Positions 39,880-54,044 of a stretch of 64,000 bases of DNA are shown here, one piece after another. Numbering within the stretch: position 1 is the stretch's first letter; every line of letters begins with the position of its first letter. The position numbers were made by a program, and so were the translations under genes. The notes beneath the pieces are model-generated. The model searched no databases. It saw only the letters and a program-made list of their open reading frames with translations, and was not told the DNA's origin. The DNA is from Octopus sinensis (Eukaryota), in contig NC_042999.1 of NCBI RefSeq assembly GCF_006345805.1, forward strand, positions 90,272,001-90,336,000. Direction: 5' to 3'.

Positions 39880-42800
39880 CTATTGAATTCAATAAAAACT
39901 ATTTATATTCAAAAGCAGAGATGTTATTATAAAGCATGGCAATTAAATTCAGAGAAGACTGTCACTATTGTAAAAAACACTGGTTGCAAATGTGATTGAT
40001 CTTTAAATGAAATAAAATTCTCAAAAGTTACATAATAAATGTTAGTAATAACAAAAAACAAAAACAAAAAGGTAATGCTACATACTTCCACTATTCATTA
40101 AAAATTAAGAAAACATGGTTGATACTTTCTACTCAAACATATGTTACATTTACTTTTCTCACAAGTATAAAATCCATTCAAAATGAGAAGGGCTGAGGTG
40201 ACTAATTTAAAATTTAAATTGTTGGTACTTATTTTAATTATCTAAAAGAACACCTTTGTTAACCAAGATGCATTGAACAAAATACAATATCTCACCAACT
40301 TCACTGAATCTTCAAATAAAACTATTTTACCATCATTCAAAGAAATTCACTGTTGCTTAGGAAATACTGAACTTTAGATGTCTTTGCTCAAGGAATGGTA
40401 TAAGAGTTAAGATATAAAATTTTAGCAAGAAAACATAATAACAATGCAAACTAGTTGAATAAATCAAACAATTCCTATTTTAATTCTCTTCTACATTTTA
40501 ACTTCTATGGAAAGAATATATAGAAGTTTTTGCTGATTATAAACAGATGCCCTGATTGCAGACATTCATTATTTTGCAAAGATTTCAGTGAATACATTAC
40601 AGGAATGTGATAAAAAAAATTTTGGTAATTCAATTGATGCAATTAATAAAAAAGTAAAAGAATAACTACAATCCAAGCATGTTTTTTTCTTAATTTAGTG
40701 AAGAACTCTTCTAAAATATGATAAGCTGAGGATCTTAATAAGAAGTATCAAATTTTTATTTTACATGTAAAAGCAACATGAAAACAGAGAAGGTGTTTCT
40801 AGAAACTAAACAAGAGAAATTATTTTCATAAAGATATTAACATTTAAATTTTGTAAATCTTGAGATTTGACAAGTTATCTTTGGAAATTTCATTGAATAT
40901 TTGGAAAGCAAGCAAGCCTAACTTTGCCATACAAACCCCCATTTAAGAAAGAGAAAAGGGTTAAAGAAACAATAGTTACTAAATAATAAAAATTTGGTAG
41001 AAATAAAAAAATATCCTGAGATTAAGACATTTTATTTGTTAAGATTTTAATGGAATGCATAATTGATCTTCTGACTAGGCAAAAATTTGGTGCTAACAGT
41101 ACAGAGAGAATACTTTAACAACATTACTTAGCTGAATCAGTAAAAGTCGCAGTGAGTTGAAAAATATTTTAACATTTTAGACACTTACACATGCATAATT
41201 CAACACACATACAATCCAATGACTCCCAATCACTCAGCTGATTTGCAAAAATCATAGAGCAGTTAACCAAAAACTTTTAATTTTGACACTACCTTCCAAA
41301 TTAAAGTATTCAATCAACTTTGCATTTTACTACTTCAAGATTAGTAAAGTTAAATATTGACAATATATGATTGTTATATATCCATATAACCTTATCTACA
41401 AAATCTTATCTTATATTTTCTGAAAAGACATCAATAGCTAAAATTAATGTTCTAGCAAACCAAAGAAAAAACCATAAAAACCTCAGTAAGTATTTAGAAT
41501 CGAATTCTCTTTTCATTTTCATGATGGATAAAATGTTTTGCAAGAGGCAATGTAAAAATATAAATAGACTGATATTTCTAAAATACTTTCATAAGCATCA
41601 GTACTGATGATGTGAATTAAAACAGAAAAATTATAGGCTGAAATGAATTCGAAACATATAAAATAATCAAGCAAAATGGTGGAAATTACTAACTGAGACA
41701 GAGGATGAAATACTAATTCTTTACATTCAGAATGAGCTAAAGCTGGGAAATTTTAAAAAGAGGAAATTTGGCAGAAATATATATTGGCTTCAGGTGAATT
41801 AAGCAAGAAATGAAAGCAACAATGCTAAATTCCAGACTGGCCAAAAATAAATGTAAAAAATAATAAAAATGTTCTTTCATTACAGAGAAAAGAAGTGCAA
41901 AGAACATTGTTTCTAATTGGCAACAACATAATAGTGACAGCCATATGAACTAAGTCATTTTTAAGAAGTTTCTGAATCATAAATGTCTCACAAATTGTTC
42001 ATTGGAAAAAAGAATTGATAGAAACAAATAAAAAACAACAGAAAGCACCATGATAATAAGCTATAAGGTGCTTATAAAATATTGAACGGACTGAAACTAA
42101 AATAAAAACACATGTAAATAAACTAAAAATTGGTCTTAGTTAATAAATAAATAAAAATGTTAGAGAACAATTTTAAATCAGTTAAAAACATTATTATTAA
42201 TCTAATTCATATTGTAATTAAAAATTTATAACAGAAGAAATTTAAAAATAGAAATGAACAAATAAAATATTTAGTTGGATAACTATTAGAACTATGGCAT
42301 AGAAAATTGGATTGATGGAATTGCTTGTGACACATTAGTAGTAATAATGTCTGTTAATTTCAGTCTTCCCTTTAACTCTTTAACTGTATAAAGGGGGTTG
42401 TAAATTAAAAACAAATTTATTTTGCTAGAACATGAAGATAAATAAGAGGTGCCAACTACATTAACCAATTGAATGAGCTGGATATGTTATGTGGATTTGT
42501 CACAATCAATAAATGATAATGTAGTTAGTGATCAAAATATCAATCAATGCTATAATTAAAAAAGTAAAGATGAGTGATGATGTAAAATCAGAAACTGAAA
42601 GTTCATGGTGCTCAGGAGAGTTGCAAGCTAAGAAAAAGGGAAGTGACAGAATGGGCCAAAGAAAAAAAATGCTTTCTAGAACCAGCTAAGATTACTATAA
42701 ATATAATTTGATTCACTTGATAAATAAATTTAAGATTGAAATAACTAAGAAACAAAAAGAAGTTTTTAATGGTGTAAGACATATGTGATAAATAGTAAAA

Positions 42801-45800
42801 GAAAAATATAAATCACATCATGTAAAATAGTAAAATATCAGAACTTTAGAAAATTACAGTTTGTCATTATTTCTACTTTGATAAACACTTTTCTCAATAA
42901 AAATTAAACAAAATAATGATAACCTTTAGTTTAATAATTTAAATCAATTATTTGTTAAATAAAATGAACAGTAATATTGATAAATTGAAGTTACATTAAA
43001 AAATATCTTTAGTAGAATCAAATTTTAACGATTAATACATGATTAAAATTGACAAATTTGATTGTTAATTGATTAATGTGTATGTGTATATCAACAAATT
43101 TCACAATATAGCTATATTAAATATAACTCACCAAAGCAATAGAAGGCAAAACATTTGCACATTAAAACTGATACTAATACAGTGTGCATAAAATACATTA
43201 CAGAAATTTAACAACACAGATATAAAACGACAATAATTCAGTCTTTGGAACACACAACCAAGTGATGAAGCAAATAACCATGCAAAAACTATGCAAGTAA
43301 AAAGTGAGAGAGTTTTAACAAGCCATTGCTAAACATTGCTTATTTTGTTTTACTAATATTAATCCCAAGAGCAGATTACAATACATTTTACACTAAACTA
43401 ATGTTAAAATATTTTTGTCAAGTTATATTTAAAACAATTATATTTTACTTTGGTCCTGCAGAGAATATTTATAGAATAATCTCTAGTGTTATACATCTTT
43501 GTTCAATGAAACGGATAGAGTGAGAAAGTGAAGTTGTGAAGTATGAGAAACAATGGCTGAATAATAGAAAAGAAAAGCATTCATTTCACACATATTCTTA
43601 CTATCAGTTAATCTCTTCATATAAACTAAGGGTAATCAAGTAAATAACATTTAAATGTAATAAAATATTGCAACTGAATTAACAATACTCTTTTGCATTA
43701 GTAAGAAAGGCATCAAATGAAGAATCTCTCTAGCTTTCTTAAATTGGTAAGAGTATGGTGTAGATAAGTAGAAGTCCAGACCTTCTCCCTAAAAAATTTA
43801 TTTATGGAAAAAGGCTAGTAAAACCAGAATGATAACATTAGATAAGCTATTAATTAACATTTTGCATTGAGTTTTAAATTATTTTCTTTCTGCAAAATAA
43901 TGTTTCCAATACAGTTTCTGTTCATTCCAATACATCATGGAAGATTACTTTTTATTTCTTCTACCTAGAAAAATAATTCTCCATTTGTAACTTCTACATT
44001 TATTGCTGTTGAATACTGGTTATCTTTGATCCTACCATTTGGTTTATGTAATTATGTAGCCTCAGATCAGCTCTAACCAAGGAGATCTATGACAAAAAAA
44101 TATTTCACATGTGACCATTCTGTCTTAATTTCATTCTTGTCAGTGTATCTAAGATTACACTACCCAATGTGTCTTTTAAAAAAAATGGCAGAGTGTGATT
44201 TGAGGGAGATTTAACTACTATTTCTAGCATGTCAAACACAATTAAGCAACACGAATGAGGTATAAGCAAATCATAGTAGACCATGTTCAACTAAGAATCC
44301 ATCAATCATGGATGAGAGGCATATATACATATGCAATACTACTACTATTACAACACACATAGAATGTAATGATTGGTAATTTTAGATAATCTGTTAATAT
44401 TCTTTAAGCCGTTCCAAAATGCTCTAATAGCAATATAATCTATAAGCAAATTCTTTAAGTCTATATTATTATCTCCTACAACTCTCATTCAAATAGCTTG
44501 CATTAATAACATAACTCAAGATGTTGGCTTTAAATTATATTTTATGATGAAGTAACTCAGGTTTAGGAATATTTATAGTGGTTAGACTTATAAAAAAGGG
44601 AAAAATCTCTAATTTAGGTACAAAGTATTGGTAAATTATGCTCATAAATTACTCCATCAAAATGTTTTACTATCAATAATAACCACAGAGACAACACCAA
44701 TATTGATAAGGATGAAGCAAATGACAGACAATGATCAACAAAATGCTATAAGCAGAATAACGATAAAAGCAGAACAGACTACAATGTTCATGCCAGAAAG
44801 GCCATTTAAAACAGATTTTAGTAAAAGGAATAGAGTAATTCAAATTATTTATTAGAGATATGGCAAATAAAAAATGTATTTTAAAAAAGTATATTAAAGG
44901 GGAAAATAACATATATTGAAGCATGAGGAATAGCTACTGTGGCAAAAAGTATATATTGGTTAGGAGACTTAATGAAAATATTAAGGTATCAGCATACAAA
45001 AGTAATATCAATGTCTTTGTGCCTAACAATTTGGTCTAGTTATGTTTTCTGAAACTTATGTTGTAATATTTGAGGAGATAATGAGAAGTTAAGCTTCAAG
45101 AAAAAGTATTCAAGTGTAGATATATTTAGGCATTTCTCAAGTACTGCTTGAGCACTCACAGGTTATAATTCATTACAACTAACAATTATTTAATTTAATT
45201 GATGTTATACTTAAATGAGTGTATAAGGTATAAAATCCCCAATTATCAGGCAATACTAAAGAAATTTGCTTCTTTCACATAATAAAATGCTATTGCGTAT
45301 ATACATGTTTAGGGGAAAATAGAATAATTTGGAAAACCAAGAACTAAATAGATGACAAAAATATATTGAGTATATTTTCATTTCCAAAAGATTTGTACTG
45401 AAGCCAAAAAAGCAGAACATAGCAAGAGAAAAGACAATTAAGTGGAAAGAGAATATATGAAGGATTAGATGGATGGGCATATAATAATGGTGAGTTAACA
45501 TAACTAATTACTGCAGTGCTATTTCAGAAACAATAGCTCTTTAAAAGGATATATTCGTAGAAGCATACATACATATACACTTCCATTTTTTCATGTAAAA
45601 CATACATACACACACATATGCAAATAAATCTGCATATAGCGATTTATGTAAAGAGAAGCAAATGAAATAGGAGGCAAGCATTAACTGCAGTAAATTATGG
45701 CCAACAGTAGCAGTAGCATGCAGCATGCACATGGCATACATTACATTTGGCAGAGAAGAGAATTCTGAGGCAGTACATGACTGAACAAATGCCAACACAG

Positions 45801-46747
45801 GTGGTGCCAGCAAGGCTAAATAACACACACAAACACAAAACAGACAATTGGCAAAAATAGAGATGGAACAAAACTGAACATAATGTCCCTTCCCTAATCA
45901 CAAATTGTTTTGTCTCTGCTCTACTTTCAACTGTCGGCCAACAAAAAATAAGGTAAACAGCAGCTAAAGCTATTGTCAAGAAAGATTTTAAATGAGTAGT
46001 AGAGAAAAGAAATTCCTTAAAGTCTTATGAAATTCAGATAGAAAACATAACAAATTCTACCTAGACATAATGATTTATCAAATCTATAAGAATGATGTAT
46101 TTGCTCACAATGTGTTCAATTTCCATGATTATTTTCCAGCAATCATACTGCCTTCCATTCATTAAGATTTTAAGTTTGAGTTTATTGAAAGAAGAGTGTA
46201 AATGTGAACCAGAGTGGGAACAGAATAATCAGTGAGGGAAATTATGAAAATTTTTGAATGAAAGAATGAAGATTTGATAAATACTTCTCTATCTTTCATC
46301 TAGCCAGTAAACACCATAGTTTCATCATGAATTAAGAATTAGATGATTGAATAATATCACTTCTTATGATACAATCTATGTAATTAATTGAAAGAGTATT
46401 AGCATGTGAAAATACTCTTTTATATGTTCACAATAAACTATCTTCTCAAAACTACATTTAGATATTGTCTTTACTATTAATGAACTAAATGAAATATTAG
46501 ATGTTCAAAATCCTTGTCCAACTATACAAGATATACATAGAATAATTTCACATTTAAGAAACAACACAATTAAATAATCACATATTCTCATCAACTAAAA
46601 TTGATGAAATATTTCAGTTTGAATTCTTGTGTATTTTACAGAGAAAATTCAAACAAACATCTGTTTAACCAGTATTATAGTTTAACCAACAAAGTACATT
46701 GTACTAATGTGGACAATTCCTAGCATAAAAATTTTATGAAGATCATA

Positions 46748-46915
<168 letters not shown>

Positions 46916-47589
46916 AAAGTGATATTTGCCAAAGACACATAATAATTATTTAAAGGAAACTGATTGTCTGAATTATTCTAATCTTATCTTTTTAAAGCTT
47001 AAAAAAAAAAATGTGATTACCAAAGGAGACATTGAATTCAGCATTGTAAGATCCAGAAATTAGTATCACAAATAAACTAATCTAAATCTATCCAATTATA
47101 AAGGAATATAATACAATGAGTAAACACTAAAATTGTTAAGTTAAAAGGAACAATTGAGAAAGTATAATTTATATTAACAAACCTAAGAAGGTTTGTTAAA
47201 AAGAAAATATAGTAGTGTAAATATATATTATATAAATATATATACACACAAACATATGTGCACGTGTGTGAGCAGATGGGCATTTGTACATATATACATA
47301 CGTGTACAAAACAATAGATTGTTTTAATTTAATTTGTGGTAAAAAAAAAAATATGTATGCTTCACTATATCTGATTGTCATATATAAGGAGAAGATAATA
47401 TATCTGAATCTAGAGGCCAGATGAAACCAACTATATTGTCAAATATACACGTCAAGGATTTGAGAGAAAATATACATCCCTATCAACTGAGGTGTACACA
47501 AGACACTGTGTTGATTATGAAAACCTTTTACTAATATTTTGTAGACATAGATCCAATTTATTTTACATATGACAAGTGTATGCATGCAC

Positions 47590-48450
47590 ACACACATTCC
47601 TACATCATCATTATTAACTTTCATACTCTATGCTGGCATGTGTTGGATGGTTTCATAAGATCCAACAGTTCAGAGGGTTGTGTTGGTCTCTTTTGTTTTG
47701 GTTTCTATGATTGGATGCTCTTCTTAATTCCAATTACTTTAAAGAGTGTACTGGATACTTTTTCTTCATGGCACCAGCACTAGGGAGGTCATCATGTAAC
47801 TTGCAAGATAAGACTCCTAATCAGAAATGGGGTGCAGATTTGAAGTAGTTGGCTTTGTGCCAGGTGCTGAGGGCTAAATGATGATTGGGAGAAGAGAATA
47901 GATATCTTGTCATATCCCTCTTCTTCAAACTGATCCATATTTAATGAATGGCACTTCTCTATACAGCTGTCTTAATCTATCACAATCACACTTCCATACT
48001 AGTGCAGACTTCATTCCTCTACTGTGTAGTTTTTCTCTCAGCACATTTGCACTATGACAATCATGCACACTTACACACATCCAATGGAGCATGCTTGCTT
48101 CTTTTCTTTCCAGTTTTCTCAAGTCCTCAGCATTCAAGGCTCATGTTTCACTACCATACAACATCGCAGTTCTAACATAGTGTGGTACATTTTGTACTAC
48201 ACTGTAAGGAAAAGACTTTTTTTCGCCAGCAGTCATACAAGCTTCTTGAATTTTTTCAAGCCTGTTCTTATCCTGGCTATGATACTTTTGGTGTAATCAC
48301 CTCCTTTGCAAATTATGTCTCTAGTGAGCCATCTGAACATATAAGAGATTCTTTTTCTTGTGTGTTCATAGTATATACTGCTCTAGTGCATCTGTCACAT
48401 ATGTAACTTACTTTCTCTATTTGTCTGACTGTGAGTCCACTTCTTGTGTC
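47590..48450 (-). mobile_element. Decayed RTE-LINE (ORF remnant plus tail)
   Basis: AEDLRKLERKEASMLHWMC parallels AEDMHKLARNDASMI-WMC of the 9958-11381 copy; tail at about 47590-47830. Confidence 0.75.
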
Positions 48451-48683
48451 CATAGCTTACATTAGGTACAACATATAGAGTTTATACCTACTCTTTTCCT
48501 GCATATTAAGCAAGACTATAGCCTGAAGATAACAGGGTTCTGTCTTGAGATTCTAATTCTGATAAAGGTCATACTTGTTAAAAACGTTAAAAGTTTATGG
48601 AGGTTTTGATGCATGTACATGTGCATGTGTGAATAATCCAACTCATGCCAGAATGGAATATAGATGATAAAGGATGATTATAC

Positions 48684-48718
<35 letters not shown>

Positions 48719-48756
48719 ATACATATATATACTTATATACATAATGTGTGTGTATG

Positions 48757-48790
<34 letters not shown>

Positions 48791-48973
48791 ATATATACAT
48801 ATATAAAACATCAAAACTTAATGGCCTACACTCTGTTTCATGAACAGCCAAGGATGAGATTTGGAGTAGTGTAACAACTTTTCATATAAACATATCAATC
48901 TGGTCCATCCAAAATATCAAATAAAGTCTGCACTATGTAAGATACATTTTTATATAATTAACAACTTTTACAT

Positions 48974-49041
<68 letters not shown>

Positions 49042-49044
49042 CCA

Positions 49045-49582
49045 AATCAAAATTCAAAGAGCAACCCAAAGCATCTCATACAACTCAGGAGCCTAGTTCT
49101 GGGACTATGAGCACTGCTTGTCAACCTGAGGAAGACTAGGGCCAGAGACAAAATACTATGTCCAGGAACACTGCTTAACTTGCTCAATGTACAAGAAGAA
49201 TAGACGAATCTGAAAGTTGCGAGAGCATTGAATAAAACCATGGCTGAATTTGCCACTAATAACAGTTCTGAGATGGATCATTTGGACAAGGGCTGGACAA
49301 TATTCTGAAGAGTGATGCTTCCAGGAAGCTAAGAACCATGGTGCAAGTGGTATACCAGGCATACCAAAATACATCTTTAGAATGAAGGAAGGAAAAGCAA
49401 ACAAGCAGAATGGTTTTGGTGGAGGCAATACCAGATAACAGAACTGATTGAAGAGCTAAGTCAGCTGAAGAAAAGGTGGAAAGAAGTAGATGACAAAAGA
49501 AAAGAGGTTTTAAACCAGCTTGGCTTGGAGTTATGAAGAAACCTGTTCCAGGGTCCAGAGCAGAGTCACTCTGGAAATGGAG

Positions 49583-49623
<41 letters not shown>

Positions 49624-51300
49624 AATGAAATGCTTTTTTTGGACAACCTCTTCCAGTTCACTGCTGACATCCCCCAAAAACCGAAAAGCAAGATGTTAAT
49701 ATGTTCCAGAGCAGAGAAGCAGCAGTATATGATAACCTCAGAAAAGATATATGTTTGGAGATTGTCCCTTCCAGCTGCTAACCCTATCAACCCTATCAAA
49801 ATGGCAGACTTTATTTTTGATGAAGTGAGGTTGGCAGTGACAAAAGTGCAGAAACGTTCTGTTCCAGGGCCATGTGGCACCACTTAGAGAATTTACAAAA
49901 GCTGCTGCTGAAGCAGGAGGAGGCATCCTGGCTCTGGACATATGATAAGAACTGAAGATGAAGTTCACTGTGGGAAATTTCATCACTAAATGGTAGAAAC
50001 AGGAAAAGCATGTTACAGTAGGGTGTACAATTTTCATGGTCTTATTCATGGTACCATGAACCTACTGTTAGAGGTGGGAAGGAAACCCTCAAACATGTTA
50101 ACAAGACAGCAGAAAGTGAAAGCCTGTGGAAGTTGTGAAGGAAACAAGAACATACTGGAAACACCAAGAGATGGTTGGAGTAGTCTGTCAGAGATGGTTA
50201 TGACCCGACAACTATAGTTGCATGAGATGAAAAAAGCACCATTGCCAGGAGCAAAAGAAAGTTTATAGTGCAAAGGATCTGTGACTCAACAAAGAGAATC
50301 GCTGGATGAAAAGAATAGGGCTTTACATCAGGGGGAATGAATACATCAAGACCAAGTAATTGAGCAACCACTTTCCTGGAAGGAACTCTGGAGCACTGAC
50401 CAGAAAAGACTATCCTTTCTTCTTTGTATCATCACTGCCATCAACCTCAAATATGCTAAAAATATGAGGCAAAGAAGAAAATTCATCCTATAAGTATTGT
50501 TGAGCAATTCTTGCACCCCTGTATCACATTTTGGCTGGATGCTGATACAAGAGGAAGCATGACAAAGTTTTTACAGAAATGGCCAGTGGACAGAACTGCA
50601 AAGGTTTAAGGTTAACAAACACCAGCCACCACCACCCAAGGGTATCAGATTCTTGAAGAAAGGTGACAAGATTCCTAAGGTGAAAGCAGCAGCAGGGTAT
50701 CTGCTTTCTATTTTGCCTCAGATTGAGATGTCCAAATGAACATGAACTGCAGACTTGTCTTTCTAGAGGAGATAGTAACAATATCACTACAATCAGACAT
50801 GTTCCTGCTCTTGAGGCACAATCATTGTAGTCAAACTTACAGTGATCTGAGAGAACATATTTGATGTTTTTCACCAGCTAAAAACAATCAAATACAAGGT
50901 CTTAGTTGATGAGGCCCTTGTCAAGGGGAGGTATGTGGCTACATTCCCTACTGAAATCAGCTGCCATGGCTTTCCAGGCAGATCAGTGTACTGCTTCCTA
51001 CAAAAGATTAGTCTGAAACCTAAACAACTGCAGAAAGCCAAAACCAACTCAAGGTGGCCATAGCTAACAAGAGACTGTAAATGGAATCCTTCCACAGGTG
51101 AAAACTAATTTGAGCCTTGCTGCTCTACACAGGCAGTGTACAGGCTAAGGATTGAAATGCTTGTGCACCCCCTGATGCCTGCTGATGACATAGAAGGGTT
51201 TCCGTCCTTGTAGTGATTTTAGAAGAGCTTGCAAAAACCTCTGAGTAGCTCCTGCAGTTTATGCATGGTATAAAGCATCTCTGATGTTTATTTCACCTCA
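49045..51300 (+). mobile_element. Decayed RLE-type (Hero/NeSL-like) non-LTR retrotransposon, RT largely deleted
   Basis: Remnant peptides LKKRWKE, NAFLDNLFQF, LPSTSNMLKI-G and HILAGC...KHDKV (CCHC region), plus KTIKYKVLVDEALVKGRYVATFPTEISCHGFPGRSVYCFLQKI, typical of the restriction-like endonuclease C-terminus. Confidence 0.65.
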
Positions 51301-51544
51301 TATATGTACTCTTTACTTGTTTAATTGTTACAGTCATTATATTGCAGTTATACTGAGGAACAACCTTGTAAGGTTAGTCACACAAATCTGTCCCTGTGCT
51401 TATTTTGAAATTTGATACATATTCTAATGCTCTCTTTTGCTGAACTACAAGCTTATGGAGATATAAACAAACCTACACAGATTGTCAAGAGGTGAAAAGA
51501 TAAACACAAACCAAAAGACACACACACACACATGTATATAAATA

Positions 51545-51706
51545 CATAGAATGGGCTTCCACATGGTTTCAATTGATTGAATTTTCTCACAAAGTATCTG
51601 CTGACGTAGGGTAAAAGAAAACACTCAATAAAGGTTCATTACAGTGGAACTGAACCTGGAAATATGTGGTTGCAAAACAAACTTCTTAACCACACAATCA
51701 TGCTTG
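51545..51706 (-). mobile_element. Old SINE head fragment
   Basis: Degenerate reverse complement of the 60681 SINE head and body. Confidence 0.65.
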
Positions 51707-51732
51707 AGTTTCTCTCTCACTCACTCTATCTT

Positions 51733-51764
<32 letters not shown>

Positions 51765-51806
51765 TGTAAATGTATGTATATACACACACACACACACACA
51801 CAAATA

Positions 51807-52253
51807 GGTACCGGAGTGGCAATATAGTGAGAAGTTTTCTGCCTAACCATATGGTGCTGGGTGCAATCCCATTGCCTGGCACCTAGGGTGTCTTCTACTA
51901 TAGTTCTGAGTCAACCAAAATCGTGAGTGAATTTGGTAGACAGAAACTGAAAGAAACTCATTTTATATATATGTGTGTGTCCCTTGTCTTGGCATCTCAT
52001 GATGCATATATATGTGTTTATCTCCTTGTTTTGGCATCACATGATAGTTGTGAAATGACTGTCACTGCCATACAAACATCATTCATTTCAAATATCCTGC
52101 AAGAACATGCCTGGCCTTGGGGAAATATTTCTTTGCTTGGAAACAGATGAGGGTTGGTGACAGGAAGGGTGTCTGATCATAGAAAATCTGCTTCAATTTA
52201 CTCCATCTAACCCATGCAAACATGGAAAAGTGGACATAACAATTATGACAACA
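51807..52253 (+). mobile_element. SINE with the same tRNA head but an RTE-type 3' tail
   Basis: Head GGTACCGGAGTGGC...TTTGGTAGACAGAAACTGAAAGAA as in 60681; distinct body; tail ACCCATGCAAACATGGAAAAGTGGAC (52210-52235). Confidence 0.7.
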
Positions 52254-52750
52254 AACACACAGAGAGTCATCATCATTCCTTAATGTCTCTATCTTTCAAG
52301 CTGGCATGGATAGGTAGGTTTGATCTGATTGGTTGGAGGACTGTGTCATTTTCCAACGTCTACTTTAGCATGATTTCAGCAGCTGAATGTCCTAACATAC
52401 ACCAGCCATTTTACACTAGCATGATCCCTACTGACGGAGTGAGGCTCAAGTGAAAAAGTGAGCAGCTTTATGAGGTGAAAAGCTAGAGTATGAAGGAAGG
52501 TGCTGGAACAAAGTTTTGCTGTTGAGGAGATAGATGGTTGCTCAGATCATACAACAATGGGTAGGGATATATAGCGTTCATAGATATAATTTTTATCATA
52601 TTTCTGCCATGCTTTCATAGGAGAACACGTTTTTTTCATCATATGTTGCCAATTGTTGCTGTATGTGTGTGTGTGTATACACACACCTATGCACATACAC
52701 ACATGTGTATATATGTGTGTGTGTATATACACACCTATACCCATACACAC

Positions 52751-52783
<33 letters not shown>

Positions 52784-53081
52784 CTTGTACATACACACAA
52801 ACATCACATATATACATATACAAATACACACAAACATTCATTCAAACAATATGCATAATATCCACTGTATAGGTTCATGTAGCTATTACAATTTGGGGAA
52901 TTTAAGGTAATGTATGTGTGTGCATAGCATATTCTATTTTCTATCTTGAGATTAAAAATTAATGATTATAAGCATCAGATAATTACTGACTTATTCTATT
53001 TCCATGAATGAAATTAAGAAGGCAGTTTGTTTTGTCAGCTATTTTTGTGCAACACATTCTTGACATAAAGAGTAAACTTAC

Positions 53082-53108
53082 TTTGAAGAGCAGCAAATAA
53101 GCTGATAG
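53082..53108 (-). CDS. MADD: Candidate 27-nt MADD microexon (A)ISLFAALQ(S)
   Basis: Long pyrimidine tract, then tgcataataag|CTATCAGCTTATTTGCTGCTCTTCAAA|gtaagt; frame-preserving in phase 1. No homology support. Confidence 0.3.
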
Positions 53109-53309
53109 CTTATTATGCAATTTAAGTTTACAGAAAAAATTAGAATTAAAAAAAAAAAGAGAATAAATCTGCTTCTGTAACAGTAAAAGTGGCAGTAACA
53201 ATAGAGAAGGTAGTTGTCTGTTTTGTGTATGGGTGTATTAAAAGTTTTCACCAGCACTTGGCCCCAGCTGTATATAAATACAGTATTGTTGGTTTGGGAT
53301 CATACTTGC

Positions 53310-53423
53310 CTGACTCGGTGCTGGCGCTAGAAGAGGACTGGTCGGAATACATTTGTGAGGGAGAAACTCGTTCAGGCAGCCACCCTGTGTAGGTATGACC
53401 TGCAGCGGAAGGGCGTGACAAAC
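53310..53423 (-). CDS. MADD: Probable MADD exon with GC donor: (G)LSRPSAAGHTYTGWLPERVSPSQMYSDQSSSSASTES(G)
   Basis: GC-rich 114-nt island in an AT-rich intron, atatcag acceptor, CAG|gcaagt donor, phase 1 to 1, joins in frame to the 39879 acceptor; lies in the poorly conserved region of MADD. Confidence 0.6.
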
Positions 53424-54044
53424 CTGATATGTTAACAGCTTCAGCAGCCAACCAAAAAATCTTGGTATCCAAACATATTGTCAGCTAACATAACCCAAAT
53501 AGCAAACCCTAATATTTTCTTATAGGCAGCTTAATTAATGTAATAAATATGGCAGATTATTCTTTTCCTGTCAAAACAAGATATAAGTATAATGTATAGG
53601 TGCACCTGTGCACCTATACATTATTTTCCATTAAAATTTCTGATTATATTTTATTACTAATGTATCTAAATATATATTTAATAAATAAAATCATTAATTA
53701 AATTCAATTTTAGCTCATAAAATGTTTTTCTTCAATCAAAAAATATTACTTGATGGGTAAAATGAAATGGAGAAAATTGTTTGACAGGTAAAGATTAATA
53801 AAACTTTTTCATAAAAATATTTATATACTTTTTAAAGTTCCTCATTTTGATTGTATTTTTAAATGCTTTTCAGAATAAATAAGGAAATGGAAAAAGAAAA
53901 AGAGAAATTTCAATAAACAAGAAAAACAAGACAAAAGTTATTATTTAGATATTTCACCAGCCTCTAAGTATATTTATGTTTTGTTATAATCTAAAATGTT
54001 GAAAAATTGATGAATTATATTTCCAAATAAATAATCACCTGCAT

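Noticed and set aside
43650-44290. Minus-strand open segments (GEGLDFYLST..., ...FDMLEIV...) considered as MADD exons
   Set aside because: No convincing donor, phase fit or homology.
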